Positions 24,857-36,050 of a DNA stretch of 64,000 bases are shown piece by piece. The notes below the pieces were generated by a model. The model saw nothing but the letters and a program-made list of their open reading frames with translations, made no database searches and was not told the origin of the DNA. This DNA is from Vitrella brassicaformis CCMP3155 (Eukaryota > Protista > Chromerida): NCBI GenBank assembly GCA_001179505.1, contig CDMY01000508.1:1-64000 (forward strand), written 5' to 3'. The position numbers and the translations under genes are program-made. Every line of letters begins with the position of its first letter. Position 1 is the stretch's first letter.

Positions 24857-25543
24857 CGTGGCTCAGGACATCAGAATGCCCACAGCTGTAGCTAGGATTC
24901 CCTCAGTTGTGCAGTGCAATGTCGCAGCTGATGTTCACGCTGACGCTGTCGATGCTCTTCATATACATGATGAGGCACTGCTTGACTCAGGCTGCAGCTG
25001 GCACGTCTTCACTTCTCCTGATTTCTTTGTGCACCTCAGGCCGCTCCCACCAGCAACCAGCCAACTCAAGGTGGCCAACGGGGCAAAGGTGGCTACAGAG
25101 GGCGAGGGCGAGGTGGCCCTTAGGGTCAACCTGAAGCCAACAAACAGGACAAGACGCCTGTACAAAGGCACGGTGCCAAAGACGCACATAGTGCGATTGA
25201 CGAATTGTCTGTATGTGCCTGACCTGAAGTACAATCTTCTCTCAGTCAGTGCACTCGAGGACGAAGGATACAATACACGCATGGATAGCCGCACTGTGTA
25301 TAAAGAACCATACACACATTCATTTGTGCGGAAGGGGAGGCTCTACGTGCTTGATGTGTCACCTGCTGCTCACGCGGACAGGGCGACCAACGAATGCACC
25401 ACACGAGAGGCGCCTGCAGCTGCTCACGCGGCCAGGCCGCAAGACGCTACCTATCCTGTGTGTAAGGAGAAGGAAGAAACGAATGGGAAGTCAATGACAG
25501 GCATCATGAATGCAGTCAGCAAGTGCCGTTCCTATTTCTCGAA
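24792..25543 (+). CDS. Copia Pol N-terminus: aspartic protease / beta-barrel region
   Basis: LLDSGCSWHVF, LKVANGAKVATEGEGEV and NCLYVPDLKYNLLSVSAL. In the +1 frame relative to gag. Confidence 0.88.
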
Positions 25544-26488
25544 ACAAGGCGGCATGTATTGCGGCTACGCAGCGGCTGGGATATCGAGCACTGACGGCGA
25601 CACAACACTCTGGGCACAGAGGCAGCACGAGTAGACGAGTAGCATACACGCATGTCTGCGTTTGTGATGCGGCTGTCGTGAGTGCAGGCCGTTTTTCGAC
25701 ATGCTGCCGATCAACGGCGGGCAGGTGACGCAGCAGCATGCTCTCGGCGGCCATTCATATGCAGCGCCCGGCTCCAGCAAAATCGACATGCCGCTGGTGG
25801 GCGAAGAACGTGATTTGCGTGTGTAGCCATTTTTCTGTGACGATCAGCCGAACAGCGGTGATTTCATGATGCCATCGAGCAGCGACATTGAGGACGGTAG
25901 ACGAAACTAGCGAAACGGGAGACAAGTGTTGTTCATTTCTCGTCTCCGTTAGGTTTTCTTGGCCGTCCTTTTGTGCCAATTCTGAAGCGCTAGGTATGAT
26001 AAACACGTGAAACACGTGCACTGAGATGGGAAGGAGGGGGGCTGCGTGCGTCTGTTTCAGTTTCGGTCGATGGAGGAAGAGTTGCAGGACCGGTTGTCTG
26101 GCACTTGACCACTAAGACACGCCCGACACATTCCGCCCACGCCAGCCCTTTTTTTCTCGGCTGTGTCCTGTGTTACATTCATTCACATACTCAGCAATGC
26201 GCTGGACGTTTTCTTCTATACGTGTTGAGGGCGGTGGCGTTCTTTCTGCACGTAATTTTTCGCCGTAGCGGCCAGCCTCGGTGTGAGGCAACCAGACATG
26301 TTTGTCAGACGTGTATGTGATTGAGTGACTTAGGGACGCTATGTGCTTGAAAGCTCGTTTCGTGTATCACATCACGTGCATGTCTTTAAGAGGCATAGGT
26401 CTTTGCACAGCTACTTCAACACAGTAATCATGCCCACACGTATCCTCTGCCAATCACATCCCTCTCGAGATCCAATCGCCGCAACACC

Positions 26489-26697
26489 GTGTATATATAT
26501 GACCAATGTCTGTGCGCATACACGTGCACATGCACGTGTGAACTTGGAGTGCGTGTATATGATGAACGTCTGTGTGCGCACACCTGCGCATGCTCGTGTG
26601 GACTTGGTGTGTGTGTATGTGACGAATGTCTCTGTGCGCACACCTGCGCATGCACGTGTCGACTTGGAGTGTGTATATGTGACCAATGTCTGTGTGC
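26489..26697 (-). repeat. 60-bp satellite, about 3.5 units
   Basis: Reverse-orientation copies of unit TCCAAGTCGACACGTGCATGCGCAGGTGTGCGCACAGAGACATTCATCATATACACACAC. Confidence 0.92.
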
Positions 26698-26744
26698 TGT
26701 ATAATGAGTTAAAAGAGGGTACTGGGCCCTGCATGGGGATATGT

Positions 26745-29700
26745 TACTTCGCAATTCGTGTGTCCGGTATCTTTATCCGTGCCCAGGCATGCCTTCTTGA
26801 GCGGGCAAGAAATCACGACAGGCATACCTGTTTGCCCGGCAGCATACCTGCAAAAAGCGATACTAATTTCACGGATTCTATGCTTCTACTCAAGGCGCTC
26901 CTTACGTTGTCGTTTCCGTGTTGTGGGTATCTCTAAGCAGGTAGTACCCATTCATTGTGTGCACCATAGAGTGATTCACTATTGGTTCGTTGCAGTCGAT
27001 GCCCTCAGCGCAATTCTCGCATTTGAGCTTGTTTCTGTGCCTGCGAAAGAGACACACGCAGACAACGGTTTAAGTGTTGCTTGCCAACCTGTCGACCTAC
27101 TTGATGAAGCCCTTCAAGCAGTAACATGCATTTTCTCCTATGCTGCCTTCGGTCGAGTTGAGGTCCGCTCCACACTCTTTGCAAGTTGCCTTTCCTTTCT
27201 CCATGACACCATACTGGCCTGCAACACAACATATATAACGCGTCGTCTTGCGTCTCTTCCGCGTGCTTTCGCTTTTATTGCATCCGTGAGCAAATGCATC
27301 AACTGCCTACCTGCGGGGCACGACCGACACGTTTGGTTGAATAATTCAGAGCCAAGCTCACAGTCGAGCTGACACACCCCGGAGCTGTTCCGAAAATGGC
27401 CATCTTTACAGTAACACAAATCAGCACGAACCCCAGACGCTGAAGGGCCAGAACGAAAGAGAAATATATATGCCTGTTTCTTTCATTAGCTCACTCACTC
27501 TCTCCGTATGGACAGTCGTGGCACTTGGAGGTGTCGACATCGTTGTAGTTGTACCGCAGGTCGATGGAGCGGGCGAGCTTGCTCAGTGGCTCATTGCTCG
27601 TGTCGACCACTGTGATGTTGTTGGACGCAAGAGTGAGAATGCCGGTCGATGAGAGGGTTTCGAAGCTGTTTTTTGAAGTGACGGAACCCTTGTAAAGGAA
27701 CCAACAGACAGACAAAAAAAGAAAGACGCAACAGCAGTAAAACGCTGTAAGTGTCATACCACGCAACGGTTGGTGACCCATTCTTTCACTTCTTGTATGT
27801 CAAAGTGATGGAGCAGATCGCATGTCAGCTTCCCATATAGCTGACACCCGGTGCAGTCAAGGTGCGTCAGACTGCGCACACAGGACAAGAGACACAGTCG
27901 GCTGATGCATTGCGTCTCTCATTGACCATGGAAGTGCTCGAAATCCTTGTAAAAACTCGGTGACGTCGATTTCCAGCGGATTGAATGAGATATCGATTTT
28001 ACGCAGCTGCGGCCAATCGGGAGGGGGCAGCACATTTAAGAGCTCGTAGGCCACAGAGGGCGTCGCTGAAAGCACGAAGCACGGAGAGTCAAACAAGCAT
28101 TCGCACAAATAAATGTCCTGTCCTGCGCACATGCATACATATATGTGGATTATCGGCGCGGTATCCCCTGGCTGTCTCGAACCACTCCGGCCACGTGAAT
28201 GAATTGAATCTGTTGAGGCCCAGATGAAGCTCCTCAACGGCAGGTAGCTGATACCAGGTTTCCGGTATGGTATCAAGGCCGTTGCTGTGAACACTGATAT
28301 ACTCCACGCTAGAAAAAAGCAACAGTCAGGAAAACTTTGATACGTCTCAGACACAAGTGCTATTCCATACGGTGACCCTCTTGCTTACGTCTTGGGAAGT
28401 GATCCATTGCCAGTAAAGTTCTCGATACGATTGTAGCTCAGGTCTAGCGTTCTGAGTGACACGAGGGGCTGCAGAGATGGCAACGTGCCGGCCAGGCTGT
28501 TGTTGCTCAGGGAGAGTTTCGTTAGCTTCGTCCAATTTTCCAGCGAGGCCGGGAGGCCTGTGAGACTGCACAAAACAAGAGTGAGAGCATATGAGCAGTG
28601 TTGTGCCCGTTGGTTGACAAGAAGAGACTATTACCTATTGTCGTCAGCGATGAACTCTTTTAGTTCCGTGCATTCCCTCAGCCCCTCAGCCACCTGGCCG
28701 TGAAACTGCACACACACAACAGTAGAGCCGCAAGAGCCCCCTTGACTCAATCTCGTACCATGTTATGGCTGAGATACACTATTTTCAGCTTTCTCAGCGA
28801 TCCAAGGGCTTCCAGAGTCCCCGACAAATTGTTCTCATCCAAATGTAGCTCCTTTAATTCCTGCAAGTTGGCCCACTGCTTCGGGATGGTGCCGGTGAGA
28901 TTGTTGCTTCTCAGGTTCAGGTGTTCCAGCTTCGTCAGGGAGCCCCACTCAGGAGGAAGGCTGCCGGAGAAGCCTTCGTTTTTCCCCCTTTGGCCGTGGA
29001 GATCAATTAGACATATCTTTGCCGCCTTGCTGAGAGATGCAGATAGAGACGCTGACAGCTGCAATCAGAACGGCAAACCGCTTTCTGTTCTCCGCCTTTG
29101 TGTCTCTTCGCTGACTATTCGTGTGTTGTGACTTATCTCGTTTTCCTGCAACTCCAGCTCCTCGAGATGCAGCCAGGTCGACCCAAAGCCATCAGGCAGA
29201 CTGCCATTTAGGCGATTATTCTGCAGCCTCAGATGTCTCAGGCGTGTCAGATTCTTGACAAACGCCGGGATGGAGCCAGAGATATCGTTCCGCTGCAGAT
29301 CAAGGGTCTCGAGACCTGTCAGTGCTCCGAGAGACTTAGGTATAGCACCACTCAAGCCAACATCCTTGAGCACAAGGGACGTCAAATTGCAGCTAAGCGT
29401 GGTAGGAACGGTCGCAAGATGCACGCCGGGCCGCTCGAGGGTCAGATACTTCAGTTGCGCCATGTTGACGAGCTGTCCTTCCGTAAAAGATCCCTCGAAA
29501 GCTGTGTCGATGATGGAGAGCAACTCGAGGGAGAGAAGGTTCAACCCAGGCAGTTGACCTGAAAATCCAGGGCCATTCTTCGATGAGCCTGCGATGTCGA
29601 GAGCTCTAAGGAACGTCAGGTTGCTAGTCGAAGTTGGGAGGCCTCCATTCAGTTGTGTCTGAGATAGACACATTAAGCCCATCTCTCGTTGCTGCCTGTG

Positions 29701-30358
29701 CCTTTCCTGCCCTTGTTCTCACCCTCCGCAGACACAACAGCCGCAGCATTGTTAGATTGCCTATACCTTCCGTCAGTTGGGCCTCAAAAGGCACACTCGT
29801 AATGCACAAGCCCAGAATGGCCGAAAGCTCATAGGCTTCGGTGGGGAAAGGCACATTCTTTCTCAGGGACGCCCGCCATTTTGTCACCTGCCCGCCCTCA
29901 TGGTTGCCCCACAGCAGCAAGAGATACCCTTCAGCTCCGTCCGACAGGCGGATACAGACGATGAATGACACCGAGCAGAAGTCGGTTGCGAATATTGTCG
30001 CCTCAGTCTCATTCATCAGGCCGATCTTCACTGTCAGCCTGCTCAGTGCATCAGCGTCGGCAGTGCACGGCACATACTCAGAGCTTGACAGCTCGTCCAC
30101 TTTGTCCAGCGGCAGGATGAGTGATTGGGGAGATGACTTGCCCATGGGGGTGACGGTGGGCTGGGAGACCACTGAGGCGGACAGCAGATACCACTTGGTG
30201 CAGTCTGTCCACTTGCAGCTGCCATCGTAGCTCTCGTTGGCCTGCGGAGCCCGTCCAGGCAGCACACGCGGGGCCCGATGAAGTAAGTCCTGCGCAAGAG
30301 AAATCTGAATGGAGAAAAGAGCCACCCAAAGCTCCAAGGACACGAACCCATGCCGCAT
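26745..30358 (-). CDS. Secreted/receptor-like LRR protein with Cys-rich (GCC2/GCC3, TNFR-like) repeats; 3'-truncated at satellite
   Basis: Signal peptide MRHGFVSLELWVALFSIQISLAQ. Many RLK-type LRRs (LETLDLQRNDISGSIPAFVKNLTRLRHLRLQNNRLNGSLP). Cys-rich exons CYCKDGHFRNSSGVC, CRSCPAG and CENCAEGIDC. The last exon found ends near 26745. Confidence 0.8.
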
Positions 30359-30714
30359 CTTTCGCAAACAAGCAAGCGCTTCCTGACCGCGCGGCCCCCA
30401 CTCGAGACTGCGAGCTTAGCACGCGAGCGTGGAAGCGACGGCACCTGTCTGTGCGGGAGAGCTGCCATCTATCCCAGATGGAGTCAGCTCAAGCTCCACA
30501 AACGAACTCATCGCACGTCTCATCGCCTCCGCACATGCAGGTATGTGAGAGCGCTCATGCATCATTCAGACGCAAGATCGTAAGACTGCGACCGTCAGGT
30601 GAGGGAGATGCGAATGGCTGGCGAACGGTCAGTCCGGCCAGCGTCGCCAGAGGCTTTAGACTCATGGCGCACGCAATTGAACTCCTTGCGCACACAACAT
30701 CCTGTCGAATCTAG

Positions 30715-31660
30715 GCGACGTTCCTCTTTCTATCAACACGTTCACCTGGTGATGCCCCGCTCGTCAAGGATGACAGGACGACAGAGGCTGTCAGAAAGAC
30801 TATTGAGAAGGCCATCCAGTCATCAGATGTGGAGGGATTGCAGGAGGCAATAGGCAGTCTATCACTTGAACAAGCGGAGATAATCTTGAAAAGCGGAAGA
30901 TGGGGACCCAATTCAAGCGAGTCTGCCATTCATTTGGCTGCAGGTACGCGTAGTCCAACACATGATGAAAAATCATACGAACATGAGAGCTTCTTTGTTG
31001 TCAGCGGTTTCTTCAGATGCGAACATTTTTGATATGCTGCTGCAAGATCGACGACACTTCCTTTTCCTGAAAGATCCATTTGATGTACTTAATCAATATC
31101 TTTTGGTCAGTACCTTTATGCTTTGCTTCCTTTCTCCCAGAATGACAAGACATCTCTTCACATCCTTGCGAGACGAAATCAACCTCATCTTTTGAAGAAA
31201 CTTGTTGGCTCGGGTGAACTAGACCTGCTGAAAGTCAAGGTTACTCGATAATCAGAACCCTGCAGCTCGTAAAAGAGATGCCGCTTGCCTTTTCTTCTAT
31301 TTTAGGATGCTTCCGGTTTTACTCTATTGCATGTCGCAGCAGGTAAAGCATATGTAGGTTGCAAAGGGCCGTTCCATCCATCTAGCGTCCTCTTGTGTTA
31401 TGTCTCAGAGTGCGGCCAGGCAAATGTGGTGAGGACAATACTCAAGATGGACCCTGAGATATGGCGCGAAAAAAACAAAGTAAATCAACATACAGCCCTT
31501 TGTTTCACGAAAGTGCTATTCGCTATGTGGAACTCAACAGAAACGCAGGACTGTATATCATACAGCGGCCTATGAGGGCCAAGCTGAAGTGCTGGAGGCT
31601 CTCTTCGATGCGGCTGGGCTTGAGGGTTTTTTATGCAATTTGTTCGTCATTGGGTAGATC
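30715..31660 (+). CDS. Ankyrin-repeat protein (partial; 5' exons uncertain, 3' disrupted)
   Basis: SESAIHLAA, KTSLHILARRNQPHLLKKL, GFTLLHVAA|ECGQANVVRTIL and RTVYHTAAYEGQAEVLEAL on successive exons. Confidence 0.75.
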
Positions 31661-31983
31661 GTGGCTCACTCGCTGCCCTTCGCAATGTGGCCTATGCTCT
31701 CTTGCAATCCTTTACTTTGCGTCGCTTCAATGACTTGCAGCACATTCGTCGCTGTAATCTCAAGGATAAGGGCGTAGGCCATGGTTTTATTCCATTCGTT
31801 CAGAGGCAGAAGAATGACCCATTTGGTAAGGGTCTGTCAGTGCCGATTCCGGAGGGCAACTCTCTCCGCCTTTCTCTCTTACGTCTCTTACGTGCGTTTC
31901 TGCGTGTCGCCCCGGGTGGATGTGGCGACGAAGGAAGAGACGGACGAGCAGACAAGACAGACGAACCCAAGCCAAGAGGTTGA
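31633..31983 (+). mobile_element. Tyrosine recombinase fragment (DIRS/Ngaro/Crypton-like)
   Basis: LRNVAYALLQSFTLRRFNDLQHIRRCNL (box I Arg) and QRQKNDPFGKGLSVPIP (catalytic Lys hairpin). The HxxR and Tyr motifs are absent. Confidence 0.7.
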
Positions 31984-32769
31984 CCCAGTGCGGCAGCTAA
32001 CCTGTCCGTACTGGAGATGGTCGGCACGGCAATGGGCAGCTTAGAAGGCACGCAGATGTCATGTTTGTCGATCTGCATGTCGTCAACTGACCGGCGGCGG
32101 GCAACGAAGGGTGGGTGGACGGAAGAGATGAGCGGCCTTGGAGATAAGAGAAAAATGACGGGCCGCCTGCTTGCTTCAGACTCGGAATGAATGGCAAGCA
32201 GGCAAGATGGCAAGAATGGCAGGGATGGGACCGACAAGAAATACATTAAAAGCAAGACATGAGTCCGACAGACGAATGAACAACAAAGAGAACGACAGAA
32301 GGCTGACCGACAGGCCGCACCCCACCCACATTTGCCTGTCGATGGTGGGTGGATGGGAGGGACGAAAGGAAGCGACAAGAGGACTGCACTCGCTTGCGAC
32401 CCATCTGAGGAGAGCCGCAAGCAAGCAGACGAAACAGGACAAGACGGACAAGACAGCCAGCAGGCAGATTGTCGAAGACGCCTCACATACACCAACACCC
32501 CGCCCCAACACGCAATCCCCACACCAGTTGGACGACTTGCCTGCTGACGACGCAGGCAAGGTTAGAGGCAGGACACCGTCCGCTTGCGATAAACCTGGGA
32601 AGACAGCGCGAGCCGACAGAGACGACAAGAAAAATGGAACGACACACACATGCACCCACACGCCCACACACATCGCCACGCATTCACGAAAAATGCGCCA
32701 GGCCGACAGCCTCTCCCTCACTTGCCTGCTGACGACGCAGAAGGAGGGGGAGGCGGGGACTGGGACGAC

Positions 32770-33450
32770 GGGCGAGGCCTGAACGGACACAGGTCATAGC
32801 GATGAACGCAGTCAGCACGCCCAGCCCTCTCGCAGATGAAGCACTTGAGCTTCCAGGGGTCGGGGCAGCGACCGGCGCGGTGGCCGTGAGGGTATGCGCG
32901 ACCATAGCCGTAGCGTCAGTTGTCACAGAAGTCAGGGTCTCTGTCGCGACGCGCGTGCTGCTGCTGAGGACAAACAGGCGTGGCGCCGGCAGTGGGGGCG
33001 GGGGTGGAGGAGAGAGTGGGCGGACGAAGACGAGGCCGTGTGCGGCCTCTTGTGAGGCAATGACGAATCACTGAGGTAAGAAAAACAACACGAGCCACAA
33101 ACACATGCACTCGCTGATGGTCGGGTCAAGGCGGATGACGTTGAGCATCGCTCGCAACGTCTCAGAGTACACAGCTGGGTAGACATCCCACTGCATTGAA
33201 AACGAGCATATACACCAGTGAGACACACAGTACGTCCTTCTGTATTGTAAGTGAACGTTATCAAGTACCGAGACGTACGAAGGGTCTCCATTCTTGCTTC
33301 CCTTAGGCGGGCGCCACTCCTTTGGCACCGTCTTCTCCCAGACGTTGTTGCGTGCAGACGTCTCCGCAAAGGCCACCTCTGCAACCATGTCTTGAATCAG
33401 GGTGCCAAGCGAGGTGGCCCCGTCTATCACGTGAGGTTGGGGAAAATCGT
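32770..33450 (-). pseudogene. Gag-like relic with tandem CCHC zinc knuckles
   Basis: FCDN*RYGYGRAYPHGHRAGRC followed by CFICERAGRADCVHRYDLC. A TGA at 32916-32918 sits at the second Cys position. Confidence 0.5.
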
Positions 33451-33977
33451 CAGCCTCCTTGCGCGAGTCCCTGAAACACCGCGGCTTGAGCTTTGGCGAG
33501 TTCGTTCAGGGTGCTCTGCTTTCTCGTGTGGCAGCCGCCAATGTGGAGATCAGAGAGCACGCGGAGACGGTACTTCTTGGGAGGCGCACTTGCCGATCGG
33601 TTGGATACATGCGACGGGCTGGGGACTCCGTGGGCGTGAAGAAATGATAATTCTGAAGCGGATGCCAATCTCTCATCGATGTTGGAGCCTGAATGCACAG
33701 GAACATGCGATGTCATGTTGCGCTGTCTTCAGTGCAGCGGTTCATGGCACTCAGACGTTCCCAGCTGCAGCAGGCCTAAGAGCAGGCCACCCAAGGGCGA
33801 TGGCGAAGAGAATGGAAATGGACCGATTAGTCATCGGCTCTTCTTTGACGTGTGAAGCGTCGCTCGAGGAAAGGGGCTTCGAGGTCCGGCCCCCAAGCGA
33901 GCATCATGAGCTGTCATGCATATCTCAGACTGCAGCGATGTAATGATGCATACCTGCGGCATAATGTCCGATCCATC

Positions 33978-34057
33978 ATGCGCAGGGGTGCGGACACAGA
34001 CATTCATCATATACACACCCTCCAAGTCAACACGTGCATGCGCAGGTGTGCGCACAC
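33978..34057 (+). repeat. 60-bp satellite, about 1.3 units
   Basis: Matches the satellite unit. Confidence 0.85.
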
Positions 34058-34758
34058 GCCCCTTGACCTTGCCATTGGTCGCCTTTGTAGGATCCCCCTC
34101 GACAGGATGGAAAAACACGAATGCAGTGTTATTGCTGCAATGCTTGGTGGACCGGAAGGATGGGGCATAGCCGTCTTGCCGCTTGAGGCCCTGCGTGTCC
34201 AGATGTGGCCCACTCCACATGGTATTCTGACGCAACCATGGATCCTTCGTCAAGTGCTGCCTGCAATGAAGGACGGCATTGCAGCATTCTTGAGACATCG
34301 ATCCACATCGCCTGTCTTGCGCAGCCTCGATTGGTGTTCTCGCTTTCGCAGCTTGTGCCTTGCACAGGAGGGTGACCTCGCAGAGTAAGAGATTATACGA
34401 GGAATCATTCGAGGTAGGACCAAGAGAGCTGTCGTGCTTCGTGATTCTCCAGGGAACTTTCAGGCCAAGCAGACTGGATGGAGGTGAAAGGCAGATTCAT
34501 TCCGTCTGCCTGTATACTACAGTGTTGAATTTCTTCAGGCATTCTCAGCAAGTTTTTGCACCGAAATGGGAGAGAAGGAGTTCCGAGACTCGATCAGAGG
34601 CCATGAGGAAGAGCTCTTTGAGCGGCTCGAATCTGCTGAAGCACTTCAAGTGGTTACCAAACGTAGAGCGCACAAGACGTTTTTCCTGCTTGTCAGTCCG
34701 CTCCGATCTCCTTCAGCTAATTGCATCTCTCTGGTCGAACACCACTGGGCGAAACAGT

Positions 34759-35196
34759 ACTTTGCCGATGGGGCTGCTGGCGTTGAGCAACATGTTCACG
34801 GCCAAGGACAACCTGCCGGGCCTGATGATTGGCGGCATCGTCATCGTCGTCCTCATAGCCCTGGCCATCGTTGGATTCGCCGTCTGGTACTACCGCTTCG
34901 GCGGCCGCAAGTGGCTCACAGTCGAGGCCAGCGAGATCCGGCACAAGCAGAACAAGTTCGTCAAGTCGCTCACCGCCGAGCTGCAGAAGACCGAGCACAA
35001 CGAGTTTGAGGACGACTGGAAGGCCAAGGGCGTCGACGCCCTGTCGCCGTTCGCAACGCTGCCCAGTGAGGACGCCAAGTCGCCCCTCAAGGTGGAGGTG
35101 CACGAGGCCACCGACAACGGGGTCGAGGAGACCACCGAGACGGCCTCGGGACGCACTCACTCAGAGAGACCCAATGCCGGACATGTCGACGTCTAG
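34759..35196 (+). pseudogene. Orphan terminal exon of a type I membrane protein (TM + cytoplasmic tail)
   Basis: LPGLMIGGIVIVVLIALAIVGFAVWYYRFGGRK followed by an acidic tail and stop at 35196. No matching upstream exons are recognisable. Confidence 0.5.
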
Positions 35197-35750
35197 ACAC
35201 AACACACACATATGAAGGAGGGAGGGAGGGAGGAAGGCATGTCGGGAGTGCCGGTGCGGTGTGGCGGTTGTCGATGTCGTCTGTGTTTGACGTGACGTTT
35301 GCCTTTATAGTCAGCTGCCCTCCGATATGTGAGTGTGTGAGGTTCTTTGGCATTCATTCATTCACAGGGGCACTGGGATCGGATCGGATCGTCTGTGGAA
35401 TTCATAGTAGGTAGCGCTGGCTGACTGACTGACTGACTGTCCGGAAGTGCGTGGCCTGGCCCTCTTTTTTCCCTACCTCTCCCACACACACATACATACA
35501 GACAGACATACATACACACATACATACGCGTGGCTTTCTGCTCACATCCAGGAGTTGCTCGACGCATCGATCGACTGCTCTCCTGCTGCCCCCGCGAGCT
35601 GCAGCAGTGGCATCGTCTCGTCTGCTGTCATGTCTCTTGGAGCTCCTCGATGCGATGCTGCTAGCCGCCAGTACACACATGCCTCCATCGCCGCTTCAGC
35701 AGGCCTGTCCTGCAGTTTCTCGCCCCCACATCACACACACCCCCCCCCCC

Positions 35751-36050
35751 NNNNNNNNNNNNNNNNNNNNNNNNNNNNNNNNNNNNNNNNNNNNNNNNNN
35801 NNNNNNNNNNNNNNNNNNNNNNNNNNNNNNNNNNNNNNNNNNNNNNNNNNNNNNNNNNNNNNNNNNNNNNNNNNNNNNNNNNNNNNNNNNNNNNNNNNNN
35901 NNNNNNNNNNNNNNNNNNNNNNNNNNNNNNNNNNNNNNNNNNNNNNNNNNNNNNNNNNNNNNNNNNNNNNNNNNNNNNNNNNNNNNNNNNNNNNNNNNNN
36001 NNNNNNNNNNNNNNNNNNNNNNNNNNNNNNNNNNNNNNNNNNNNNNNNNN
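35751..36050. other. Assembly gap (300 N) flanked by poly-C
   Basis: Run of N. Confidence 1.

Larger units (their letters stand above)
22115..25543 (+). mobile_element. Ty1/copia LTR retrotransposon, 3'-truncated (LTR-PBS-leader-gag-protease)
   Basis: LTR-like TG..CA unit, PBS, gag with CCHC knuckle, and copia-type protease. Similarity to the second copy (62335-62688) ends at 25543. No integrase, RT or 3' LTR is seen. Confidence 0.88.

Noticed and set aside
33450-34560. Several medium ORFs on both strands
   Set aside because: No recognisable motif or consistent splice pattern; probably TE debris but cannot be assigned.
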